The notes under the pieces were generated by a model, which was not told where the DNA came from, made no database searches, and worked only from the letters and a program-made list of their open reading frames with translations. A stretch of 64,000 bases of DNA, taken from the IMG/VR virus record IMGVR_UViG_3300042197_004075, positions 11,061 through 75,060 of that record, one strand, 5' to 3'. The stretch's first letter is position 1; every line of letters starts with the position of its first letter. Shown piece after piece: positions 1 to 8,844 of this stretch. Made by a program: the position numbers and the translations under genes. The stretch comes from a virus.

Positions 1-2
1 CC

Positions 3-614
3 AAATGGAACAAAATACTCATCATGTACTTCCACATCATTTCCAGCATCATCTACCATTAACAAAATCATGCCTATGCCATTTTCAGCATATCGTTCAG
101 AAAAAACGGGATACTTTTTGTTCCTGCTAAATTTAAAATTAAATTTAGATTTATCAACATTTAAAGGTGGACTAAAAACAACAAAACGATTAGGTTTTTT
201 ATTTTTGTTTCTTGTAATTTTATCAGCTAAATTTTCAAATCGATTTTTAGTCTGGACAATAGCATTTGGTTTTTGTTTTTGACTATTTTCACTTTGTTCT
301 GCAATTTGAGTTTTTTCTACAACCAATGTATTATTCTCTAACATTTCATCATATGATACTTTTTGGTTTTTAAGGACTAAACCATTTTTTGTAATTTTAA
401 ATGGAATTTTTTTGCGTGTAAATTCAAACACATCAACATCAAAAACATAAATATCTCTTCTAGCCAAATATCCAGTTATGTTGCTCATCAACTTATCCAT
501 CGGATATTCTGTCTCAATTGTACCATATTTTTTCTTTATTTCTTGTGGCTTATCGAGACAAAATGATCCATCATCTTTAACATCATAATATTTAAACACA
601 ACTTCATATGCCAT
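3..614 (-). CDS. hypothetical phage protein, truncated by left window edge
   Basis: Open minus frame from ATG at 614 (MAYEVVFKYYDVKDDG...) to the edge; GGGGA RBS upstream; not in ORF track because it lacks a stop. Confidence 0.75.
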   Translation of the reverse strand, partial: MAYEVVFKYYDVKDDGSFCLDKPQEIKKKYGTIETEYPMDKLMSNITGYLARRDIYVFDVDVFEFTRKKIPFKITKNGLVLKNQKVSYDEMLENNTLVVEKTQIAEQSENSQKQKPNAIVQTKNRFENLADKITRNKNKKPNRFVVFSPPLNVDKSKFNFKFSRNKKYPVFSERYAENGIGMILLMVDDAGNDVEVHDEYFVPF

Positions 615-630
615 GAAAATTTCCCCAATA

Positions 631-1254
631 TTATATTTGAGTGTTATTGAATTCGTTTTTATCTATTTCAAAAATTTCAATATTTGACTTTTGAAACAAA
701 TATCTACTACCAATAGAATAATCAACACTATCTTTATAACAAAACAATTTTGATATTCCGACATTTATTATAACTTTTGTACACTCTATACATGGTAGTG
801 GACAATAAGCAAACATAAACGAGTCATTTAAATTACATTCAGCATTAATAATTGCGTTTACTTCTGCGTGGACACATGTACACAAACTGAGTCTTTCTCC
901 AGATTTACATCCTATTAATTTTCTGGGACATTCCTTTTTATATGCAAAATTTTCAACAAATTCATCAATACAAAAAGTGTCCAAATTCATTTTATTTTGC
1001 AAATACATTTTTTCTTCAGAACTTAACTGTGGCACAAATACATTTTTATAGTGTTCAGGTGTGTTGCAATGCGGGATTCCTCTTGGAGGCCCATTGTAGC
1101 CAATCGACAAAATTTTATTTAAATGTTTGTCTGTAATTACCACGCCAATTTGTCGTGAATAACACGAATCATTTTGTGATGCTATATATTTTGCCATATT
1201 CATATATTTTATTATAAATTTTTTGTTTCTAGCATCTTGTAAAAAGTTTGACAT
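631..1254 (-). CDS. dCMP deaminase
   Basis: IGYNG, HAEVNA and PCIECTK zinc motifs; start moved to ATG 1254 after GGAGG. Confidence 0.93.
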   Translation of the reverse strand: MSNFLQDARNKKFIIKYMNMAKYIASQNDSCYSRQIGVVITDKHLNKILSIGYNGPPRGIPHCNTPEHYKNVFVPQLSSEEKMYLQNKMNLDTFCIDEFVENFAYKKECPRKLIGCKSGERLSLCTCVHAEVNAIINAECNLNDSFMFAYCPLPCIECTKVIINVGISKLFCYKDSVDYSIGSRYLFQKSNIEIFEIDKNEFNNTQI

Positions 1255-1284
1255 AAATTCCTCCTTGTCAAAGTAAATAATAAC

Positions 1285-1920
1285 ATGGAATACAGTTTTA
1301 AACAATTTCTAAAATGTAAAGATTTTTATTTTTCCGAAATCTTTGTTGGAAATCAAGAAAGCAAACGGAAAACAACTGATTTGAGTCCATTGGCAAGACA
1401 ATTTGAAAATTTAACAAAATCAATACTAGGTGACAAAACAGTAAACAAATTATTTTTCAATCCTATCAAACAAATTGATGAAAATTTAATAGGATTTGCA
1501 AAATTATACAAACTTGCAGTTGGGCCTACAAAAACAGCAGCCATGGACACTTTCAGAGATATAAAAACTTATTTGACCACAAATAATAAAGACGAAAAAG
1601 AACAAGCTCTAAAATCCTTTTTGAGTAATGCTGATGAATTAGTAAGACTAGTTATAATAAATCCTATTTTTACCTTGGCTCCTACAGAAATAGCTTTTCA
1701 AGCCTTTGCAGAGACACTTGGTGTTAAACCTACTTTTGTACATAAAATGATTTTCGCATTTATGACAAAAATTCCTTACTATGTTTTCATGTATGTTTTA
1801 CCCATGCTTGATTTGCTTTCAGAAGTTGAAAATTTACAAGTTCAACAAACAGCAAAAAGACTTTCAACCAAAATTAAAAAATCTATGCCTAAAACAGCTT
1901 TGTATAAACCGGCAGCTTAA
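1285..1920 (+). CDS. hypothetical protein with capsid-targeting-like N-terminus
   Basis: 211-aa ORF, MEYSFKQFL; TAAATA 5 nt before ATG. Confidence 0.7.
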   Translation: MEYSFKQFLKCKDFYFSEIFVGNQESKRKTTDLSPLARQFENLTKSILGDKTVNKLFFNPIKQIDENLIGFAKLYKLAVGPTKTAAMDTFRDIKTYLTTNNKDEKEQALKSFLSNADELVRLVIINPIFTLAPTEIAFQAFAETLGVKPTFVHKMIFAFMTKIPYYVFMYVLPMLDLLSEVENLQVQQTAKRLSTKIKKSMPKTALYKPAA

Positions 1921-2564
1921 TGAAAGAATCATATTCACAACTTGGCCAAGATTTGTTTATCGCAAAACATTTTAAATATAAAAGTAAAGGTTTTTTTGTT
2001 GAAATTGGAGTCGGTGATGGGGTTAATTTATCAAATACTTATTTGTTAGAAAAAAATTATAATTGGAATGGTATTTTGTGTGAGCCACATCCAGATGATC
2101 ATAAATCTATAAAAATTAATAGAAATTGTTTTTTAGAACAGGCAGCAGCATATAGCGAATCAAATATGCAAGTAGAATTCAACATGTGCAAAATAAAAGA
2201 GTTAAGCGGAATTAAAACACATATGAAAACTTCACATTCAATTCATGCAAAAGATATTAATAAGGTTATAAATGTTAAAACTATTTCATTAAATGATTTA
2301 CTTAAAAAATATAATGCTCCCACAAAAATTGACTACATAAGTCTTGACACCGAAGGTTCGGAATTTGAAATAATAAAAAGTTTTAATTTTGATAATTACA
2401 AAGTATCTGTATGGTCAATAGAACATAATAGTATGCATCGTTCTGATGGAGAACAATACTTAATGAAATTAAAAAAACATATGAAATCAAAAAATTACTA
2501 TTTTGTTCCAAACCAATTTGATTCCTATTTCATTCATGAAGGCAAAAATAAAATTTATTCGTAA
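1920..2564 (+). CDS. FkbM-family methyltransferase
   Basis: YSQLGQD, FVEIGVGDG, SNT, LDTEGSE motifs. Confidence 0.9.
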   Translation: MKESYSQLGQDLFIAKHFKYKSKGFFVEIGVGDGVNLSNTYLLEKNYNWNGILCEPHPDDHKSIKINRNCFLEQAAAYSESNMQVEFNMCKIKELSGIKTHMKTSHSIHAKDINKVINVKTISLNDLLKKYNAPTKIDYISLDTEGSEFEIIKSFNFDNYKVSVWSIEHNSMHRSDGEQYLMKLKKHMKSKNYYFVPNQFDSYFIHEGKNKIYS

Positions 2565-2992
2565 TTTGAAATTGAACGAATATCTCCATGTAACTTATCC
2601 ATTTCTTTTCGCAACATATGTCCCCTTTGATGTCCATCTTCACGGGCTGAATTGAGGGCTTGAAGATGAGCGTAAAGACGATCCTTAATATATTTTGCAT
2701 TGATTGTCATTTGTTTTAGATTAATGCAATCTGGATCACCCTCTGCATATAATTCTGCTGTTTTATCTGATTTTCCTGCATCTTTTTGGGCTTTGAATTT
2801 ATCAATAAACATTTGCTTATAAGACAATTCGCAAACTGCGTGGTATCGCATGGCATTGGCGTGTGCGCTACCAATGTAGTCAATAATACCGCCAATTTTC
2901 TCAAAAAATGTATTGAGCGTTGAATCAGTAAATGACAAGTCGCTTGTATCAATTTTCCAATCGGTGTCTTGAATCTTGATGTTCTCGATCAT
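2555..2992 (-). CDS. UvsY-like recombination mediator protein
   Basis: 145-aa helical protein from ATG 2992 (GGAG RBS); SDKTAELYAEGD resembles UvsY; follows helicase. Confidence 0.5.
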   Translation of the reverse strand: MIENIKIQDTDWKIDTSDLSFTDSTLNTFFEKIGGIIDYIGSAHANAMRYHAVCELSYKQMFIDKFKAQKDAGKSDKTAELYAEGDPDCINLKQMTINAKYIKDRLYAHLQALNSAREDGHQRGHMLRKEMDKLHGDIRSISNYE

Positions 2993-3002
2993 GTCAAACT
3001 CC

Positions 3003-4538
3003 TTAGTCGATGATATCGTTGTTGGTGCTGGGCTTTTTTCGCCGTGATGATTTAGTTTTGGCCCCTTCATCATGGTTAAGTTGCTCAGGAGTAACCAAAC
3101 CATATTCTTCAGCCTTGCGCTTGGCGTTATTATGCATGACAGCCCGGTATTCATCAACCTTAATTTCGTAAATATTCAAAATATCCTTATCGTACTTAAT
3201 GCAAAAATGAAATTTTGATCTTCCGTTGCGGTGTTTCACGACAAAAATTCTACCTAAATTACAACTAGCTTCTTCCGTAGTTTGATTAATCGACCATAAA
3301 CCATCCAAAGGTTTGTACATGTCATAACTTGTTCCAATATTACCTTCTTCAATAAATTCACTAGATGTGTGTTCACTTGAAGCTCTATTTGCTTGCATAG
3401 CAGTAAACACAATCATTTTCTTTTCACCAGCTAATCCACGCAAATCTCTCATAATTCGATATTTGCTTTCCCATGTTGGAATATTTGGTGTATCTTTCAT
3501 TTCACCGGGATAATCAACAATAAGAACATCTGGCACAAATCCATATACTTCCAATTGATTGACAAATGCTCTAATATCGTGAACATCAATAGATGCTGCC
3601 GGGAAATCTTTTATAACCAATCTATTTTTATCATCATAATTAATATTATTATACTCAATAAATTCCTTAATTTGAGTTTTGTTTTCTTGCAGATTGCCAA
3701 AGGAAAATCCTGAATATTGACTTGTAAATCTTTTTGAGATTGAAACCCAATCCATTTCAACACTAATAAATAAAACCTTATAGCCTTTTCTTATATTTTC
3801 TACTGCTGTTTTTACAAGTGCAAGACTTTTTCCTTTTCCAGCCATTGCAATAAAAGCATAGATTTCTCCACGCCTACATCCACCACCACTTAAAGCTTCA
3901 TCTATGCTTAAAAACCCAGAAGTAAACATTCCTTCTCTTGTTTCTTCTTTTTCCAACTCATTGAAGAAATTTTCTATTTTTTGAAAGTATTCAAATCCAA
4001 CATCAAATGATTTATTAACATTCATGACATTACGAAATCGTTCAAATATTTTATGCCAAATTGCCTCGGAATCTGGGTCTTTTTTCAGGTCTTTTTGCGA
4101 CTCATCCATAGCAATTCGCAAACTTTGCATTTTTGCAAAAGTGACTAATTTTTCAATTAATATTTCTCTAGATGCCATATTTGGCATATGATATGAATAA
4201 ATAGCTTCTAATTCAGATTTATAATATAATTTTACTGCATCAGGTTTATCTTTGTTAATTTCATCAAGGTACTGTTCAATAACAAATTTATCTGGTACTT
4301 CTCCTTTATACTTTTCAACACACTTAATTACAACTTTGCATATATCAATGTGACATTCATTTGTAAAGTACTCTGGTTTAATTAAATTAATACATTGACC
4401 AATAAAATTTTGGTCAGTAAGAATAACTCCTATAATTCTTTTTTGAAATTCTTCATCCCAACGAAACTTTTGCTTAACAATTTGCTTTTGTAATAACGAA
4501 TCAAGTATTTTTTCCTGATCGTCGTTTAAGTCAGCCAC
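3003..4538 (-). CDS. replicative DnaB/gp41-like helicase
   Basis: Walker A AMAGKGKS, SVEM, LIVDY, TAMQANR, KHRNG. Confidence 0.92.
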   Translation of the reverse strand: MADLNDDQEKILDSLLQKQIVKQKFRWDEEFQKRIIGVILTDQNFIGQCINLIKPEYFTNECHIDICKVVIKCVEKYKGEVPDKFVIEQYLDEINKDKPDAVKLYYKSELEAIYSYHMPNMASREILIEKLVTFAKMQSLRIAMDESQKDLKKDPDSEAIWHKIFERFRNVMNVNKSFDVGFEYFQKIENFFNELEKEETREGMFTSGFLSIDEALSGGGCRRGEIYAFIAMAGKGKSLALVKTAVENIRKGYKVLFISVEMDWVSISKRFTSQYSGFSFGNLQENKTQIKEFIEYNNINYDDKNRLVIKDFPAASIDVHDIRAFVNQLEVYGFVPDVLIVDYPGEMKDTPNIPTWESKYRIMRDLRGLAGEKKMIVFTAMQANRASSEHTSSEFIEEGNIGTSYDMYKPLDGLWSINQTTEEASCNLGRIFVVKHRNGRSKFHFCIKYDKDILNIYEIKVDEYRAVMHNNAKRKAEEYGLVTPEQLNHDEGAKTKSSRRKKPSTNNDIID

Positions 4539-4564
4539 TTAGAACTCCTGCCAAAGCTATTCTG

Positions 4565-5119
4565 CTAGTAGAACAGAAAATCGTGTTCTGACAAGGATAC
4601 TTGACCAACCCTAATCTGTTTTTCTTTAGTAATTTTTTTACCTATAAAGCGACTAGCATTCCAAATGATTCTTTTAGCATAAATTTTGAACTTTGTATTG
4701 ATGATTATTGGTGAAGTTTTTGAAGGCATTTCATCTTTTGGGATAAATTTGACGGCTAACATTTCAAGTATTTCTTCTTGTTCTTCACCAAATTTACGCT
4801 TATATGCACCATGCTGTGTTTTTTTACTCCACAAATATTGCAAAGATTTATTTAATTCTGACCAAATATCATTAGATTCAATATACTTGTCTAATTTTTG
4901 AAAAACAGCTTCAATCCATGTTTGACGCTTATAATAGGAACCAGCACGAATAACACTCATAAGTAGTTCTTGCTTAAAATCTTCAATTTCATGTTGATGA
5001 TTGTTTTTACTATTATTTTGCATAAGCTGCCAAGAAACAAAATAACACAATTGACTGAATTCTTCTTCTAGAAGTTCATACTCTTCGGCAGTAATCGAAA
5101 AATTCTTGAAAGTGTTCAT
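4565..5119 (-). CDS. sigma-70 region-2-like protein
   Basis: EDFKQELLMSVIRA and FKIYAKRIIWNA resemble sigma regions 2.2 and 2.3-2.4, separated by an insertion. Confidence 0.45.
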   Translation of the reverse strand: MNTFKNFSITAEEYELLEEEFSQLCYFVSWQLMQNNSKNNHQHEIEDFKQELLMSVIRAGSYYKRQTWIEAVFQKLDKYIESNDIWSELNKSLQYLWSKKTQHGAYKRKFGEEQEEILEMLAVKFIPKDEMPSKTSPIIINTKFKIYAKRIIWNASRFIGKKITKEKQIRVGQVSLSEHDFLFY

Positions 5120-5165
5120 AAAATTTCTCCTTATTTAAGAAATATAATACTATTCAAATTTTGAG

Positions 5166-6533
5166 TCAAGAAGTTTTATTAATTTTGATCAACTGGTTCA
5201 GTTTATTACCCACTTTACCTTCAGCAAAAAGAATAACATCAGGAGCTTGATCAATTTTTTGCTCTAATAAATCCTTAATTTCATAAAACTTCTTTTTAAC
5301 CTGACTTTTCTTTACAGAAAGACAATAGGCATCATGATTTATGTAAAAAACCCTGAAACCTATTTTGTTCTGATTCTCAATTAACCTATTCAAAATTAAT
5401 TGGTTTATTGTTGCTGCTGGTGATTGAACAACAAAATTTTTAGCTTTAAATGATTCATCTGGTTTGAATATTCTAATTCTACCAAAGCAATCATCAACTA
5501 GTCCTGTTTGTGCCGCCTGTTGGTATGCTTTATCCATATACTCAAATGATGCTGAAAAGTTCAAACGAAGTGAAGAAATATAAACCTTTGCTTGTTCTAC
5601 ACTTATGTGGTTTTTTTCTGCTAATGTTGATGCTGAAATTCCGTAAATTACTGGTAAAAAAATTTCTTTTCCTAAAACTCTTGAATTGAAATTATCAATA
5701 TTAAGCACATATTTTGCAATTTGCTCATAAGGATCGGCACATGAATTTATAACTGTGCTTAATTTACCATCTTTAGACAATCCTGCAAGCACACTAGCTT
5801 CCATAGATCTATAATCAAAAACAACAAATGCTTCATCTTCATATGGATTAATTAATATATTTTTCTTTTCATCATCAAGTGTGTTAGGATTATAAGATTT
5901 TGAACCAAATATTTTTGTGTTTAATCTTCCATTATCTTGTCCCTCAACAATGTAATGAGGATAAATTTTTTCTGCGGTTAAATCATTAACAAGAAAAGTA
6001 TTTTCAATTTTTGGTAATGAAACACAAATTAGTTTTTGAAATATAGATTTGTAAATTTCTAAAACATTTGATGTAAGAAAGTCTCTAAAAGTTTCACAAA
6101 TTTGTTTAAAATTTTCAAATTTATTTTCATCTTTGATTCCAATATATTTTTTATACCAAAGAATGTCATAAATTTGTTTATAACTAATTCCAATACTATT
6201 ATTTTTTCTACAGAATAATTGAAATATTTTAGCATCTATAAATACAATTGGTTTATTGTTTTTTTCAAGAACCTTGTTTATAAAATTAATATAAGTGTTT
6301 GTGTTCCTTGAATTTAATCTAAATTCAATTTTTGTACCCTTCATGCCGTAAATTATAATATCAAGTTTAGACTCTTGTAACACATTTATATAAATGTTGT
6401 CTTTTATGATCTCAAAATATAAAAATTGTTCAATTATGCAAGCATTGAAGAATAATTGAAAGAACGGAATTGAATCATTCATGGCAGAATTTAATAGCAA
6501 AAGCTCGCTTATGTCAAATTTTGTAATTGGCAC
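5166..6533 (-). CDS. polA: short family-A DNA polymerase (start uncertain; ATG 6482 is an alternative)
   Basis: NGRL, motif A FDYRSMEA, motif B RVLGKEIFLPVIYG, FGRIR, NFVVQS, motif C NHDA. Confidence 0.88.
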   Translation of the reverse strand: MPITKFDISELLLLNSAMNDSIPFFQLFFNACIIEQFLYFEIIKDNIYINVLQESKLDIIIYGMKGTKIEFRLNSRNTNTYINFINKVLEKNNKPIVFIDAKIFQLFCRKNNSIGISYKQIYDILWYKKYIGIKDENKFENFKQICETFRDFLTSNVLEIYKSIFQKLICVSLPKIENTFLVNDLTAEKIYPHYIVEGQDNGRLNTKIFGSKSYNPNTLDDEKKNILINPYEDEAFVVFDYRSMEASVLAGLSKDGKLSTVINSCADPYEQIAKYVLNIDNFNSRVLGKEIFLPVIYGISASTLAEKNHISVEQAKVYISSLRLNFSASFEYMDKAYQQAAQTGLVDDCFGRIRIFKPDESFKAKNFVVQSPAATINQLILNRLIENQNKIGFRVFYINHDAYCLSVKKSQVKKKFYEIKDLLEQKIDQAPDVILFAEGKVGNKLNQLIKINKTS

Positions 6534-6543
6534 AAGATTTGCT
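6527..6543 (+). promoter_or_regulatory. sigma-54-type (-24/-12) promoter
   Basis: TTGGCAC-AAGAT-TTGCT, GG-N10-GC spacing exact. Confidence 0.6.
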
Positions 6544-6600
6544 TCGTGCGTGTGCGTGTGCGCCCGTGCGTTTGTATTTAATACTTATATTAATAATAGT

Positions 6601-6656
6601 GTGTTTCTAGTCCACTTCGTGGACTAGAAACACGATCTAGCACTTCGTGCTAGATC
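6601..6656. repeat. two adjacent perfect hairpins with 3-nt loops
   Basis: GTGTTTCTAGTCCAC-ttc-GTGGACTAGAAACAC (15-bp stem) and GATCTAGCAC-ttc-GTGCTAGATC (10-bp stem). Confidence 0.95.
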
Positions 6657-6679
6657 AGTTAATGGTTTTTTTATCTAAA

Positions 6680-6769
6680 TTAAACCAATTAAACCAATTA
6701 AACCAATTAAACCAATTAAACCAATTAAACCAATTAAACCAAATAAACCAATTAAACCAAATAAACCAA
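6680..6769 (+). repeat. tandem 9-bp array (WTAAACCAA) x10
   Basis: 8 copies TTAAACCAA and 2 copies ATAAACCAA, no spacers. Confidence 0.95.
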
Positions 6770-6786
6770 ATTAACAAGACGCACGA

Positions 6787-6803
6787 AGCAAATCCTGTGC
6801 CAA
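6787..6803 (-). promoter_or_regulatory. sigma-54-type (-24/-12) promoter
   Basis: Minus strand TTGGCAC-AGGAT-TTGCT; part of a 25-bp inverted repeat with 6527-6551. Confidence 0.6.
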
Positions 6804-7008
6804 AATATAATAAAATTAGAAAAAAATTTGTTTTTTAGTAGCTTTTTTCAAATCTTAATTATTTGCGTTTTAAACGACTTTGTATTAAGATTTGATTGTT
6901 GACACGGATTGGGTGCAAAAGTGGCCTTAAACGCAAAAATTAAGCCCTTAAATTGAAAGATAACTTGGCCCACATGACTTTCAACTTGTGTTTGGAGGAA
7001 CGCACCTT

Positions 7009-7710
7009 ATGATTCCTAAAGTTTATACATCGAACAACGAAGTGATTCTCAAATATTGTAATGATAAAGTGACACTTTTGGCATATGAATTATCATGTTT
7101 TTACATGAATTGTGAAATGTTTTATTTTCCAAAAATTACACACAGCAAATTTAATGTCATGAAACAGCCGCAAAAGCAATTCCTATTTAAACACATTTTA
7201 AAAATGGTAAATACCTTGAAGTCGAAATATTTACCAACTGAATTCATGGGTTATATTAAAGCGCAATTTGAAATTATGAAATTAAATGAAAACCACAATC
7301 CCATGGTTACGCCAAATATGCTTCATGGAAAAAAGGCTGAATATCGATATGCAGTTTGGTTACAAATGCTTGCAGATAAACAAATTAAGGAAAACGAAAA
7401 TACCTCAAAAATTTCTTTGAAGTATCTTGATCACTTAATGAAAATTTCAAAAAACAATATTAAAAATGTATTCGGTGAAAATGTTAAATTTCAAGATTTT
7501 GTCGATCATCAAAAAAAACTTATTTTGATGGTCAAATCAAAACAAATTGCACATGTGTATTGTTTTGCTAGTGTTTGGATAAAAAAACTTGAAAAAAGTG
7601 TTGTTGATGAAATAACAAAATTTAGCGAATCAGAAAATCTTTATAAATGCAATATTGATGATATCAATCAAATATATTTGAAATATTTTGAAAATGAACT
7701 TAATATGTAG
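7009..7710 (+). CDS. hypothetical protein (candidate origin-binding or helicase-loader protein)
   Basis: ORF with GGAGG RBS before ATG 7009; basic, helical; function inferred from position only. Confidence 0.6.
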   Translation: MIPKVYTSNNEVILKYCNDKVTLLAYELSCFYMNCEMFYFPKITHSKFNVMKQPQKQFLFKHILKMVNTLKSKYLPTEFMGYIKAQFEIMKLNENHNPMVTPNMLHGKKAEYRYAVWLQMLADKQIKENENTSKISLKYLDHLMKISKNNIKNVFGENVKFQDFVDHQKKLILMVKSKQIAHVYCFASVWIKKLEKSVVDEITKFSESENLYKCNIDDINQIYLKYFENELNM

Positions 7711-8515
7711 TGAATATTTTTTCAAGAATAGTTACTATTTCTTGTGGTTCTTGATTTGGCGCAAACCACTCATCCCATTCAGGGGTTTGAGGACGATATT
7801 CGTAGCCTTGATTTGATGACGAATGCTCGGCTCCCCAACTATGAATCAATCCAGCTTTGGGATCAAAGCAAACATAAACATTAAATTGATTTACTTTTTT
7901 ATGATCCGGTGCTTCTAAGCCGTAGCCTTTGTAGCTAAAATAAATTAAATAATTGTTAACATCCAATTGAATAACCCCTTGAAAATTCATCACTTGCGGA
8001 TGTTTCAATTTCATGTTTGAGGCTATTTTGATGACAAGATCTTGTAAATCTTGATAAGTAACATCTGGGCTTTCAAGGTCTGTTGAATCAATAAAAGTAA
8101 TAATTTCATTTGCTCTAATAGCAAGCATTTTTTCTACAGCAATGTCTTGTATTGTTAAATGTTCGTAGTCGTTAATAACTGGAATGGCATATCTTGTGAT
8201 CCACTTTGAATCTCCTTGAGCGTCTTTAATCATTCTTTGTATTGTGATTCTGCATGATCCAAGTGGAGAAAATTCAACCCTAAGTGATCCCACTTGGTCT
8301 TTTGGCCCATAAGTGACCATGTTCCCAAAATCTTTAACTGGTATCTTGGTTCCAACATTTCCAAGACTCACAATTTCATCCAAGCAAGTTTCAACTTGTA
8401 GTTGTTCAATTGGATGTTGTTCGTAATTTAATGCGATTGGTGAGGTTTTTTTATTTGGATTTGTAAACCCAAAAAGCTTATCTGGTGAAGTGCCAATCCA
8501 TTCGTAAAATTTCAT
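7700..8515 (-). CDS. hypothetical protein with capsid-targeting-like N-terminus
   Basis: 271 aa, MKFYEWI. Confidence 0.7.
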   Translation of the reverse strand: MKFYEWIGTSPDKLFGFTNPNKKTSPIALNYEQHPIEQLQVETCLDEIVSLGNVGTKIPVKDFGNMVTYGPKDQVGSLRVEFSPLGSCRITIQRMIKDAQGDSKWITRYAIPVINDYEHLTIQDIAVEKMLAIRANEIITFIDSTDLESPDVTYQDLQDLVIKIASNMKLKHPQVMNFQGVIQLDVNNYLIYFSYKGYGLEAPDHKKVNQFNVYVCFDPKAGLIHSWGAEHSSSNQGYEYRPQTPEWDEWFAPNQEPQEIVTILEKIFTTY

Positions 8516-8559
8516 AGGTAGCCTGTTATAGAATAGTTACTTGTATATTATATATTTAT

Positions 8560-8844
8560 ATGCAAACATTTAAACAATACATGGAAGCAAAACATCCTAG
8601 GAATACTTTGGACTCTAAAGAAAAATCATTCGCAGCACAACTTAAATTAGGTAATATAACGCCAGAAGGTATGCAAACCAACAGAATATCTGGAACTGAT
8701 AAAGCTGAATTTATGGCCAACCTAAGAAATTGGAGTGTTTTTCAAAAATTACCTAAAGAAAAACAAGAAACAATTTTGGATACAATCAATGATAAGCCCG
8801 ATGTAACAAGTTTTGCTGATATTTGTGATTTGATTTATGATTAA
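8560..8844 (+). CDS. putative internal head protein
   Basis: MQTFKQYMEA matches T4 IP-type leader; TATATA 5 nt before ATG. Confidence 0.65.
   Translation: MQTFKQYMEAKHPRNTLDSKEKSFAAQLKLGNITPEGMQTNRISGTDKAEFMANLRNWSVFQKLPKEKQETILDTINDKPDVTSFADICDLIYD

Larger units (their letters stand above)
6527..6943. other. candidate replication origin / structured non-coding locus
   Basis: Largest intergenic gap; inverted repeats, hairpins, AT-rich array; adjacent to polA and helicase. Confidence 0.5.

Noticed and set aside
70-282. 70-aa plus-strand ORF
   Set aside because: Antisense to the longer minus-strand gene starting at 614
2993-3157. Extended N-terminus of the 2555-3157 ORF
   Set aside because: Overlaps the helicase end; a better start with RBS lies at 2992
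6680-6769. CRISPR array
   Set aside because: Repeats are 9 bp, contiguous and have no spacers; no cas genes seen
6647-6838. 63-aa ORF (LNQ repeats)
   Set aside because: It is just the translation of the 9-bp array; the GTG start lies inside a hairpin with no RBS
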